Shown: positions 24,838 to 37,645 of the stretch, in pieces
How the letters are laid out: each line of letters begins with the position of its first letter
Position numbering within the stretch: position 1 is the first letter of the stretch
DNA from: Camelus ferus
Lineage: Eukaryota
DNA: 64,000 nucleotides
NCBI RefSeq assembly: GCF_009834535.1
Contig: NC_045707.1
Location: 49,106,001 to 49,170,000 of the forward strand
Reading direction: 5' to 3'
Translations under genes and position numbers: made by a program
Notes under the pieces: generated by a model
Told to the model about the DNA's origin: nothing
Database searches by the model: none
What the model saw: only the letters and a program-made list of their open reading frames with translations

Positions 24838-27322
24838 AGCAAACCAACTCCAACAATACATTAAAAGGATCATACACCATGATCAAGGGAGCTTTAATCC
24901 CAGGAATGTGAGGATTTTTCAATATCTACAAATCAATCAGTGTGATACACCACATTAACAATTTGAAAAATAAAAACCATATGATCACATCAATAGATGC
25001 AGGAAAAACTTTTGATAAAATTCAACATCCATTTATGATAAAAATCTCCAGAAAGGGGGCATAGAGGGAACATATTTCAACATAATAAAGACCATTTAAG
25101 ACAAGCCCACAGCTAACATCATACTTAAGGTGAAAAGCTGAAAGCATTCCTGTTAAATTCAGGGAAAAACAAAAAAGAAGCCCACTCTCACCATTTTTAT
25201 TTGACATAGTTTGGGAAGTCCTAGTCACAGAAATCAGAGAAGAAAAAGAAATAAAAGGAATCCAAATTGGAAAGCAAGAAGGAAGACTGTCACTGTTTGC
25301 AAATGACACAATTTTATACACAGAAAATACTAAAGACACTACCAGAAAACTACTAGAGCTCATCAATGAATTTGGTAAAGTTGCAAGGTACAAAATTAAC
25401 ATACAGAAATCTGTTGCATTTCTATACACTAACAAGAAAATATCAGAAGTGAGAAATTAAGGAAACAATCCCATTTACCATTGCATCAAAAAGAATAAAA
25501 TACTTAGGAATAAACTTATCTAAGGAGGCAAAAGACCTGTACTCTGAAAACTATTAACACACTGATTAAAGTAATTGAAAACAACACAAATAGAAAGACA
25601 TACCATGTTCTTTGGTTGAAAGAATCAATATTGTTAACATGACCACATTACCCAATGCACTATACAGATTCAATGCAATCCCTATCAATTACCAGTGACA
25701 TTTTTTCACAGAACTGGGAAAAAAAAATTAAAATCTGTATAGAAACACAAAAGACCCCAAATAGCCAAAACAATACTAAGAAAGAAGAATGGATCTGGAG
25801 GAATCACGCACTTTGACTTCAGACTATACTATAAAACTATAGTAATCAATACAGTATGGTACTGGCACAGAAACAGACACATAAATCAATGGGACAGGAT
25901 AGAAAGCCCAGAAATAAACCCATACACTTATGCTCAATTAATCTATGACAAAAGAGGCAAGAATACACAATGGAGAAAAGACAGTCTCTTCAATAAGCTG
26001 GGAAAACTAAACAGCTACATGTAAAAGAATGAAATTAGAACATTCTCTAATACCATATACAAAAATAAACACAAAATAGAATAAAGACCTAAATGTAAGG
26101 CCAGATACTCTAAAACTCCGAGAGGAAAACATAGGCCGAACACTCCATAACGTAAATTGCAGCAATATTTTTTTGGATCCATCTCCTAGGGTAATGAAAA
26201 CAAAAGCAAAAATAAACAAATAGGACTTAATTAAACTTAACAGCTTTTGAACAGCAAAGGAAACTAAAAACAAAAAGAGAAAACAACCTACAGAATGGGA
26301 GAAAATATTTGCAAACAATGTGACTGACAAGGGCTTAATTTCCAAAATAGACAAACAATTTATACAGCTCAATACCAAGAAAATAAACAAACAAATCCAA
26401 TCCAAAATGAACAGAAGACCTTAACAGACATTTCTACAAAGAAGACATACAGATGGCCAACAGGTACATGAAAAGATGCTCCACATTAGAGAAATGCAAA
26501 TCAAAACTATAATGAGGTATCACCTCACACTTGTCAGAATGGCCATCATCAAAAAGTCTACAAATAATAAATGTTGAAGAGGGTGTGAAGAAAATAAAGC
26601 CTTCCTATACTACTGGTGGGAATGTAAATTGGTGCAGCCACTATGGAGAACAATATGGAGGTTCCTTAAAAAACTTAAAATAGAGTTACCATACGATCCA
26701 GCAATCCCATTCCTGGGCATATAACCAGAAAAGACAAAATGTGTAATTTGAAAAGATACACGCACCCCAATGTTCACAGTAGCACTGTTTACAGTAACCA
26801 AGACATAGAAGCATATGAAATGTCCATCAACAGATGAATGGATAAAGAAGATGTGATATATATAATACCGCTCAGCCATAAAAAAAAAAAATGAAATTCT
26901 GCCATTTTCAGCAACATGGGTGGATCTAGAGATTATCATACCAAGTGAAGTCAGACAGAGAAAGACAAATATCATATGATATCACTTATATGTGGAATCT
27001 AAAAAAATGGTACAAATGAAATTATTTACAGAACAGAAACAGTTTCACAGACATAGAAAACAAACTTACGGTTATTGAGGGGGGATGGTGTGGAAGAGGA
27101 TAAATTGGGAGTTCGAGATTTGCAAATACTAACTACCATATAATAAAACAGATATACAACAAGTTTATTCTGTGTAGCCCAGGGCACCATATTCAATATC
27201 TTGTAATAACTTATAATGGAAAAGAATCTGAAAAAAATACATGTATAATTGAATCACTTTGCTGTACATCTGAAACATTACAAATCAACTATACTTCAAT
27301 TTTAAAAATCCCAATAAAAAAA
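24838..27322 (+). mobile_element. 5'-truncated L1 (cetartiodactyl-type): ORF2 RT and C-terminal region plus 3'UTR, inactive
   Basis: Continuous ORF2 homology (atcatacaccatgatcaag; aaaaaccatatgatcacatcaatagatgcagga); RT motif LFADDMI reads LFANDTI at 25293-25313; multiple stops/frameshifts; 3'UTR ends aactatacttcaat...aataaaaaaa. Confidence 0.95.
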
Positions 27323-27664
27323 GTAAGTCCGTATCTGTTCGAGATTCCCACAGTTTCACTATTAAAGGAGTTGGATTTAAAATGTCTGTGACTAAAAGAA
27401 AAAAATAGTGATAAACTCTGAGACAGGATATAAAGGGGGACTATATCATGAAATTCAGCTGAATCTATAACACATTGTATCTTGAATTGAACTGAGGGGT
27501 TATGTGGGTGTTCATTATATCAGTCACTCACAACTTTTTCTGTATGACATACTTCATTAAGTAAAATAAAAATAAGTTATAGGGTAACATACATTTTTTC
27601 ATATTTATGCCACTGCCCTCAGCTGGCCTAAAGGAATGTAGCTATAGAGGTATACAGGAATATA

Positions 27665-27786
27665 ATTGAACTTGTATCCTGTAAAATTGTGACATTTACT
27701 TATTAATTCTGGGAGTTTTTGTAGATTCTTTGGTATTTTCTACATAGACATACATGTCATTTGTGAACAGAAAGTTTTATTTCTTA
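27665..27786 (-). mobile_element. Old L1 ORF2 fragment
   Basis: cttgtatcctg...tttttgtagattctttggtattttctacatagaca...atgtcatttgtgaacaga. Confidence 0.75.
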
Positions 27787-30181
27787 ATATCTCAAACCGG
27801 AGAAAGAACTGGTCCTTATGATGATGCTCTACTCATGTCTGTATGGGAGAAAGGTTGATGAGAAATGTGAAAAGGAGTTGACTACTTATGCTTTCACACA
27901 GTCTTTTCACAGAGATCCAAAATACTATCAGTTTAGCAAGGGTAGAGGATTGTACATTACAATCTTCCTATACCCTTTGTCCATTCATCTAAATTAATCC
28001 AGGTCTGATTGAAAGAGTTCAGAACTATAACAACTGAAGTGCAAAAAAAAAAAAAAAAAAGTGATAAGATAATTACCAACAGAAAAATAATGTGTCTATT
28101 ACCTACTAAATAATTTATCAATGATTCCCTAGTGTTGTAATGAAAACTCGGGATGGCATTGAAATTTTCTAATTAAGGAAGACATAATAACTCATTTCAT
28201 AGCAAATGCACATAGGCATATACTAAAAATCAGAATTGTGAGGTAAGAACATGAGGCTAGGAAACATTTTCTAGTCCTAACAGTCATTTTGTATTTGTTG
28301 TTGGTAAGATCTGAGTGTTTAGGGAGATGAAACAGTCATCAATCAGAATGAAAGTTGAGTATGAATTTAAAAGCAATAATAATAAACAATTCAAATGAAA
28401 ATTAACCATTTTCTCAGTCATGCCGGCTGTGTAGGAACTGAATGAAGTTAAGTGCATGAAAGGCGTTGGTAAAATGTAACTAGCTATAAAAATGTAAGAG
28501 ATTTTTATTTAAAAAAAAATCTATTGTACTGAAAAGCTACTCACAACACTATTGAAATGAAAGATGTACACAAAGCAAAATTTATGACATAAATGAAAGG
28601 AGGTCCTCAATAATCCACAAATGAGAAATTTTTTTCTAAAATAATTGACTACGAATGGACTATCTGTGTTTCTCTTATTTATTTACTCTTGAGGCTTTTC
28701 TTCCAATATAGTTTTAGGGTCTTTCCCCCTCTTCTATTGGTTCCAAATTTAATGTTATGAAGAAAATTTACCTAAAATGGATACTAGTTTAGTGTAGTAA
28801 GCTTCAAAAATACAAAATTCTTCCTACTGAGCTTTACCTCATTCCAATCCAATCCAAGAAGACCACCTTGTTCACTTTGCTTATAGATATCTGAAAGAAA
28901 ATTTTACATTTCTTTGCAAAAACTTCCCTGGATTACCATTTTCTCAAGCTGGTCTTATAAAAATACAGTTTGTTTGTTTTTTTTTTTAATTTCAAAGCAG
29001 GTGATGTTTAGAGGAAAGGTCTCTAGCCTTTCTTCTCCTTAACAGTCTTGTTCTAATTTTGTCTTTGACAATTAACAAACACAGAGTAGTTTCAAATTCC
29101 ATTATTAAAATGTCCTTAATTGTGGAGGATGAAGATGTTTCAGGAGATATTTTATAATTATATTGGGTATTTAGTGCAGTTAGTTCTATATGAATGTGGC
29201 TTTAATTAATGCAATTATATAAATCAGAGAAGAGCATATTAAAGCTCCTTGGATTAACAAGCTAATTGTAATTTATTACTTCTCAAGAATTATTTCTTGG
29301 CAACCAAGCCAAACAATGCACATTACAATGAACATTCAACAGTTCTTTGTTCAATAAGTTCAATTGTTCATTTTTAAACGTTCTGAACTTGATGACAATG
29401 GCCTTTCCCCTTTTGCTTTGAATAAAAGATTAACAATAATTACTTTTAAGTGAAAGTGTGTCTCACTGCACTTAGCACATAATAAGACAGTATATTCCTG
29501 AGTCACTGATTAAAAGTGATCAGTACATCATCATGCAAAACAAGACTGAATTCACCAGGTTGTGTGAAATAGCCATTAACTATACGAACAACATGTTCTA
29601 TAAAAAGTCCTAGGAGGAGGGTAATTACTGAGCCAATATAATTTGAATCCAATACTTAATTATCCATGATAATCAGTCCTGTACAGAGCTTTCTGACTCA
29701 ATGACATATGAAAACCTTTTATAAAAAAGAAAGCATACCTATCATAGTGTTTTTTGAGACAGTCAAGTAAAAAATAACGATGTCCAAGAGGAAATATATA
29801 AATTTACATGCACCCAACAAACTTTGGTATATGCCTTTGTAAATGCTTTGATGTCATGTCTATCTCACCTTTCACAGCATATGTTGGTCTTCATATGCAG
29901 ACCTGGGTTTTGGTCCAAAATATATGAAGAATCGAGTTTTATTACTCCCCAGGTGACTACTTCTTCTCATTATTATTATTAAATCTTTTTGGTTTATATC
30001 ATCAGATACCCTTCTAATGCCAATCAATGTAAAAATTGGTAACAACCCGCTACACAAAGTCCTATGGAAAGCTGACATCATTACATCTCCCTAGCAATAG
30101 CAGGTACATTACCTCATCTGTCTGGATTAACCAATGTATATTAGCTAAGAGATGCTTTCCATTTAAATAGAAATTACTTTC

Positions 30182-30216
30182 AAAAAAAAAAAAGAAAGAA
30201 AGAAAGAAAGAAAGAG
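30182..30216 (+). repeat. (A)n(GAAA)n microsatellite
   Basis: aaaaaaaaaaaagaaagaaagaaagaaagaaagag seen directly. Confidence 0.9.
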
Positions 30217-30559
30217 AACGTTATTAAACGAAGAAATAGCTGGATCACTAAAACCCTAGGTTGTTATATATCATGTCAACTAATCTTCAGAGATTTAGCC
30301 TCTTTGTTCTTTTTACTTCTTTATACACCAGGAGAGGGCTGCTCATCCATCCCGATTTATAATTATACTGTGATGTCAAAAAGGAACACTACTGATGGAC
30401 AATAAGAGATTAGCCATGTCAACCAAAGGCTGAGGACCTTTGATCGCTAATGTACTCTTGTTATTACAAGTGTTATTGTTAGAAGTTATACATCATCTCT
30501 TGTCAAGATTAAAGATAAATACAGGTGTTCCTAATTAGAGCATGGCCTTCCACATTGTA

Positions 30560-31025
30560 TTCATAAATTCAGGTACCTTCTACATTGTGTCTCTGCCTTT
30601 CTTTAGGGCTTCAGAGTCCTCCACATTCAGCCAGTAAGTAGAGACACGATTCTCAAAGTAGTGTTTATCAGGATCACTCTGAGAGTTTGTTAAAACAAAA
30701 ATCGCTCAGTCCATCTTGAGAATTTCTGATTAAACACATCTGGGGTGAAAACCAAGAATGTGCATTTCCAAAACTGTCCCAGATGATACTGTTGCTCATC
30801 TGAGGACCACAATTTGAAATCACTGAAGTGGAGAATAAACACAGTAATCACGCTTGAAAGGATTTTATGGGCCAGTCCTGGAAATAACGTATATTTATTT
30901 TATTTAATATTACTTACACAAAAGGTCTCATCTACCTACAAAGGAGGCTAGGAAATATGGCTTATTTTTATGTGCTGTAAGAGGAAGCAATGGGTTTTTA
31001 TAAGCAGCCAGTGATCTCTGTTACA
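30560..31025 (-). mobile_element. MLT1J-like MaLR LTR interrupted by MER5A
   Basis: caggtaccttctacattgtgtctctgcc...ttttatgggccagtcctggaa...caaaggaggctaggaaat...gatctctgttaca. Confidence 0.7.
30645..30825. mobile_element. MER5A hAT MITE with TSD
   Basis: ttctcaaa...gtttgttaaaac...tttctgatt...ccaagaatgtgcatttcc...ggaccacaatttgaaatcactg; flanks aagtagaga (30636-30644) and aagtggaga (30826-30834). Confidence 0.85.
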
Positions 31026-31110
31026 GGTGACAATTAGTTCATACTGTTATTTTTGCCTTCCACAGAATCTTGAGTAGAATAATGAAATCTATTCATCTAT
31101 CCAATGGCTA

Positions 31111-31160
31111 CCTGTCTGTCTGTCTATCCATCCATCCAACCATCCATTCATCCATCCATC
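31111..31160 (+). repeat. (TCTG)n(TCCA)n microsatellite
   Basis: ctgtctgtctgtctatccatccatccaaccatccattcatccatccatc. Confidence 0.85.
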
Positions 31161-31339
31161 TACTTATTTGGATTCAATTCCTTTTTACTCAGGCCATGAA
31201 AGAAAAAGAAGTTTAACCCTTAAGAGGAAATTTTAAAACAAACAAAAGCATGTTATCACCAATACTTTCCAAATATATTCTCAATTTCTAATAAAACCCA
31301 GGAAATTCCAGGAATTTGAAGGAATGTCATACTAAAGAT

Positions 31340-31470
31340 ATCTTGGAAAAATACAAAACATGTGTTCAAGGGTATCTGATACAGCACTATTTATAGATGC
31401 AAAAGTCTGAAAACAAATCTAAGCCTATCAGTAAGGGAACTGGCTGAATATCCTACGATAAATAACGAAA
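31340..31470 (+). mobile_element. Old L1ME fragment
   Basis: cagcactatttatagatgcaaaagtctgaaaacaaatctaa...atcagtaagggaactggctgaata. Confidence 0.55.
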
Positions 31471-32354
31471 TATAGGTCAAAAATGTCCTCTGAAATTCTC
31501 TATTGAGATAAGTCTTCTTTACAACTCCTAGAAGCTTTTTATTAAAGATGCTCTATAGAAGTTGACAAGGAGGCAGTTGAGAAGTAACTGGCTGGTCAGA
31601 CAATAGCATAATGGTGAGATATGTATCTTAGCTACTTATACTTCCCTGAGCAGCATTTATACATAAATGATGTGTAACTACTTTCCCATGGTAGATTTGA
31701 GTAGGAGAGACTGATTTATACTCATTAAAACTGAAGTATGTAACCAAAATTCCCATTAAGTATTTTATAGGAATGTAATTTTTTAAGGAGACCAGATGTT
31801 TGGATCAGGTCAACTATGACATTCTCCTTTTGAAAGCCACAGAATATTGGGATTTTTCTGAATTAAAATGTATAAAAGTGGTTGTTTATATTATGATTTA
31901 TTTTTTGTCTTTGTATGATGGACTATATTCCATGATTTCAATTTTTCTGTTCAGTTGCTGTATTTCCACTAATTATGGTTTATGTGATTCAAAGATACGT
32001 TCTTTACACTGGAAAAATCTCTGGTAATTAATTCTTTATTGTGATTTTTACAGTTTATCATTACAAAATATTAATCACAATCATCTTTATTTTTTGCCTT
32101 GACTACATTTTGCCTAGTATAACTATTGTAATCATTGTCTGATTCCATTTTGTTTACACTTGCCTTATATAATGTTGCATGATGTTTTACATTTATAATC
32201 TGTGTTCTTTCTAATTAGGATTTTGTTTACTTATGCTTTGTAATTGGAACTAAGAGGCTTTAGTTTAATTGGAAAAGCTTATTATGTTGGCATTTTTATT
32301 ATAATCAGCATAAAGTGTTTAAACTAATGCCCATCTCTTGTTCTGTAATAAAGA

Positions 32355-32566
32355 AGCAGTATCAAAATATGAACTGTCTAAACCTGAATCCTATCTACAA
32401 CATTTAGTGTGTGATCTTGGGCAAGTAAATGAAACTGTCCATCTCAGTATCATTTGTAAAATGAGATTAGTAACAACATCTACATCATAAAGATATTGTG
32501 AGTTTTAAATGAATTATTATATGTAAAGCATTTAGAATATAATAAATATTATTTAACTGTTATTAT
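32355..32566 (+). mobile_element. MIR SINE
   Basis: tgtgtgatcttgggcaagt...ctcagtatcatttgtaaaatgaga...atgtaaagcatttagaa. Confidence 0.8.
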
Positions 32567-33019
32567 GATTTCTTTTTGTATTTTATTATTTAAAATATTT
32601 ATACAAGTTTTATATGGTTCACTGTATCTGATTTTAGTCTACTCAGTATTTAATGTGCATATGTCCTATTTTTCATTCAACCAGTGATTATAAAATTTTC
32701 AATATTATATTTACTTTCTGAAATCTCATTCTCAAAATTACGAGGGAGTTTTCTGCTGAGCCTTACCTAACTGACATTAGGAATTCAGAGCACTGTGCTC
32801 TGGTTATTACCGTCCTTACCATAATTAATATCCTGTTAATAATTCTGGAATCTTCGGATCATAGAATTACTAGTACACTATCTGTTTCATGTGATCACTC
32901 TGCTTTTATAAAGAATTTATGTTCAATTGAGTTTCATAATCATACTATTCTAAGACATTTAAATTGATTAATCTTAATGCTCAATGACACTAATAATTTT
33001 GAGAGGATTATTTTATCTT

Positions 33020-36000
33020 TATTTTTATTACATTTTTTATTTTGATATAATTGCATATTCACATACAATTCTAAGAAATGTTATATACCCTTAATCCAGT
33101 CTCCATCAGTGGTAGCATCTTAAAAAACCATAGTCAAATATCACAACTAGGATATTGATATATTTAATACACAGAAATCCCCATCACCACAAGGATCACT
33201 CATATTGACCTTTTATGGTCACACCCACTTTCCTTCCATTCCTCCCCCCTCTTAATCCTCCACTACCACTAACCTATTTCCATTTCTATATTATGTCAGC
33301 ATCATACAAATATAATCAAACAGTATGTAATCTTTGGGAAATGGCTTTTTCCACTCAGCTTAATTCTGTTGAGGTTAACATGGGTTGTCCCGTGGTGATG
33401 GGTGTTTTTACTTTTTGAAGGACATCTGGGTTGCACGGTTTGTGTCTATTATGCATAAAGCTGCTATATACATTTGTGTACAGGTTTCTGTGTGAACATA
33501 AGTTTTCAATTCTCTGGGATAAATGCCCAACAGTGCAGTTGCTGGGTCATATGGTGATTTCACGTTTAGCTTTTTAAGAAGCTGCCAAACTGTTTTCCAA
33601 AGTAGCCCTAGCATTTACATCCCACTAACAATGTATGAGTCATCTGGTTACTACACATCCTGGCCAACATTCGATGCTAACCCTATGTTCTTTTCCTTTT
33701 AGTTATTGTAATAACTGTGTAGTGATATCTTACTGAAGTTTTAATGGGTATTTCCCTAACGGCTAATAATGTTGAACATATTTTTATATGCTTATCTGTG
33801 TATTCTCTTATCTGTATATGAAATCTGCATATCTTCTTTAATAAAATGCTCTTCATGTCTTTTGTCTATTTCCTAAAGAGATTTTAAACACTTCACTGCT
33901 GAGTTTTGAGGGATTTCATATATTCTAGATACTAGTTTTTGGATATGTGGTTTGTAAATATTTTCTCTCACTTTTGTAGCTTGTCTTTTTTAAATACTTC
34001 TAATGGGATCTTTCACAGAAGAAATTTTTAAATTTTGATCAAGTTTCAATTATCAGTTTTTCCTATTGTGAGTTGTGATTTCGGTGGCCCATTTTTGCCT
34101 ATAGATGTCCAACTGTTTCACAACACTTGTGGAAAGATTATCCTTCCTTCATTGCATCTTTAGCACCTTTGCTTTAATAAGTTAGGTTTATTTGTGTGGG
34201 TACATTTCTGCTTCTATGTCTTATCCTATTGATTTATGTGTCTATTTCCATTATCCCCGGGCTAATAATCTTGATACTATAGCTGTATAATAGGTCTTGA
34301 AATCAGGAGCCAGATTATTTGAACTTTATTCTTCTTTTTCAAAATTGTTTTTAGCCATTCATATTCCTTTGCCTTTCCATATAAAATTGATAGTAATATT
34401 TTCTATTTACACCAAAAAAAAAAAAACCTTTCTGGGATTTTGATAAGAATCATGTTAAACCTGTTATTAATTGGGGAATAACTGACATCTTTACTATGTT
34501 AAATATTCCATGAGCACATGACTATTTATTTAGGTTTATTTGATTTCTTTCATCAGTTACATAGTTTTTTGCACCAAAGCACTGTACATATTTTGTTAGA
34601 CTTATGTCTTTTTTCCCCTTCTTTCTCTCTCCTATCTTCCCTTCCTTCCTTCCTTCTTTTCTCCTCTCCCCTGCCCCCTACTCTCTCTGTCTCTCACCTT
34701 TTAGCAGGTGTAAATGGAATTGTATTTTAAGTTTGGGTTTCCTGTGTTCATGGCTAGAATAGAGATACAACTGATTTTTTCATGTTTATCTTTTATCTTG
34801 TGAACTTGTTAAATTCATTTACTAATTCTAAGTAAATTTTTGTAGATGCTTTGGGATTTTCTATGTGAATTATTATATCTTCTTCAAATAAAAATTTTAT
34901 GTCTTTTTTTCTATCCGCTTTTCCTTTTCTTGCCTGATTGCACTGGTTAGAATTTCCAGAGCTATGTTGAATAAGAGTGGTAAGGGTGAGCATGTTTACT
35001 GTTTCTGATCTAAAAGAGAAAGCATTTAGTCTTTTACCACTAAATATGATGTTACCTGTAGGTTTTTTTGTAAATGTTCTTTATTGAGAATGGAGTTTCC
35101 TTTCCTTTTTTTCCTGAGACTTTTTAACATGAATGGATGTTACATTTTGTCAAATGCTTTTACTGCATTAAGTGATTTAATTACATAATTTTTCTTTACT
35201 CTGTCAATATAATAGGTTATATTGGTTAATTTTCAAATATTGAGCCAGCTATGTTTTTACCACTGGAATAAATTCTGCTGGGTCATAATGCGTATTTCTT
35301 TCTATATATTGTTCAACTCTATTTGCTATTTTCTTAAGGATATTTGTGTCTTTTTTAATGAGAAATATTGGTCTATTATTTATTTGTTTGTCTGGCACTA
35401 GTTCTGGTATCTGGGTAATAGCTACTTCATAGAATGAACTGGGCAGGGTCCCTCCAAAAGGATTTATTACAAGAGTTTATGTAAAACTGGTGTTAATCTT
35501 TTTTAAGCCATTGGTGGAATTCTCCACTGAAACCAACTGGAAATGGCTATCTCCCCCACCTTTTTTTAATTTATGAATTCAAAGACCTTAATTATTATAA
35601 AGACTATTCAAACTATTTATTTCAGTTCAATGAATGGTGTTACTTTGATCCATTTCATCTGTTGTTAAATTTGTATGTGTAGAGTTGTTTATAATAAATC
35701 CTGATTTTTCTTATGATGTCTGCAGTATGTGCAGTGATTGTGTCTGCTTTATTAGTTACATTAGTAATTTGTGTCCTCTCCTTATCATTCTGTCAATGTT
35801 GATATGTTTGTCAATTTTATTAATCTTTTCAAAGAACCAGCTATTTGTTTTAGTGATTTTTATACTGTTTATCTCTTTTCAATTTCATTGTTTTCATTCT
35901 TATATTATTTTCTTCCTTTTCCTTGGTGGGGTTTATTTTGAACTACTTTTTCTATGTTTTTGCAATGGGAATTGAGATTATAGATTTGAGACTTTCCCTT

Positions 36001-36180
36001 TTTTAACGTATAAATTTATTCCATAAATTTCATTCTCAGTAGTTTTAAATGTGTCACATGATCTTTGTTATAATATACTTCCATTTTCCTTCAACTTAAT
36101 GTATTGTTTTTTAATTACCCTTGAGACCTCCTATTTGACCTATGGATTACTTAGAAATATGCTGTTCAGTCTCCAAGTTT
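33020..36180 (-). mobile_element. L1MC-type LINE (3'UTR plus degraded ORF2), ~3.2 kb
   Basis: 3' end ttttattttgatataattgcatattcacatacaatt...catcaccacaaggatc; antisense ORF2 phrases (gctgggtcatatgg, agaagctgccaaactgttttccaaagt, ttttcaaagaaccagct, tgacctatggattacttagaa). Confidence 0.9.
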
Positions 36181-37414
36181 TTGTTTTTTGTTTTTCAATA
36201 AGTGGATGCTGACTTTTTCTGCTTTTCTTGAGATGAATGTAAAAGATTAGAATCTTTTCAAAGAAGTAGTTCTCTTTAATTTACCATTTATATTCTGCTG
36301 CACAGAATTAATTTCTGATTTAAGCTTTGTTTTTTTCACTGATACTCTCACCATGTGCTAATATTTTTATTTTCCAGTTATTTATGTTAAAAGTTTTTCT
36401 CAGTTTTTCTTATTTTTAATAATTATATTTAGAATCTGCACTTCTATCTGATTAGCTCTTTGACTACATTCTGCAAACTTATAACAAATGTTTCTTTCAT
36501 TACAATCAATTATAAAAACCTATTTTTTCAGTAACCAGATAATTATCTAGAATTTTTTATCAATTACATGAATTAATTCTATCTTTTTGAGGTTGGTTTC
36601 TAATTTTATTGTATTATGATTGATGAATGTCACTTTTGTGAAGTTGATTTATTTATGAGATTTACATTCTTGATACTTGATTTTTGCCAAGTCTTTTGAT
36701 AAGAACTTCTTAGATTTAATGATAATAAATATCAGACTTTTCTTGCATGTTTGGACAGCAAATATCAAGCTATAAAGTAGGATATTAGTAAATTTTATAA
36801 CTTACTACAACAGCAAAGTCAGGATAATTGCTTGTTGCAATGCCTTACTAGCAAGGGCACAGTTGCAAATGATAATGTTTGAGTGATTCAGAGTAACTCC
36901 AGACCTTCTAGAAGCATAAGTCTCGCTCTCCAACCAGGTAAGGTAAAAGTATCCCTGTACTTAGTCTAACCTAGATACCCACCAGAGACCACCTCACACT
37001 GGCCAGAAGTACTTGATGATGCACCCTTGTACACAATAAGTCCAAGAATGAACGAGGCTAGTACATTCCAGTGTGAGTACATTCTTGAATTTCCCAGGTA
37101 TCTCCAGAATTCCTGCTAACAAGACCTTTGTCCAGATAAAGTGTTGACTTACCCTAAACACGTTCACCATGTGCAGAGATGTACAGGAAAGTGTGATCAA
37201 AGGAGGTTTTTTTTGTCATATTAATGTTTTAATTTTCTTTACAGGACAGTATATAATTTGTTTTAATTTAAATGCATAATACAAAGGTAAAATGATATCT
37301 CTACTATTTTAGCAGATCTCTTGTAATTTGATAATTTTTATTTAATAATTATATAATTTTACCACCCTCAAAAAGAGTTTACATAAAATACTGTATATCC
37401 TTACAAGGCTGATC

Positions 37415-37645
37415 AATATAATGATGTAATTAAGAGTTTGAATTCTGGAAACAGACTGCCTCCCTTTGAATCAAGACTTCTCTATGCAATAACTGTGTGA
37501 TTTTAGACAAAAATTAGACTGTAAAATGGCCATCATAATTGTTCATTTTTCACTAGTTAATTTTGTATATCAAGTAAAATTTTCTGCATTAAGTCCTTAG
37601 CACATGCACTGGTACAAAGGAAGCACTCAACAAAGGTTAGAGATA
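37415..37645 (+). mobile_element. MIR SINE
   Basis: ttctggaaacagactgcc...ctgtgtgattttagacaa...ctgtaaaatgg...ctggtacaaaggaagcactcaacaaa. Confidence 0.75.

Noticed and set aside
25022..26975. Three hydrophobic minus-strand ORFs (137, 132 and 121 aa)
   Set aside because: Antisense reads of L1 ORF2, a well-known source of spurious membrane-like ORFs.
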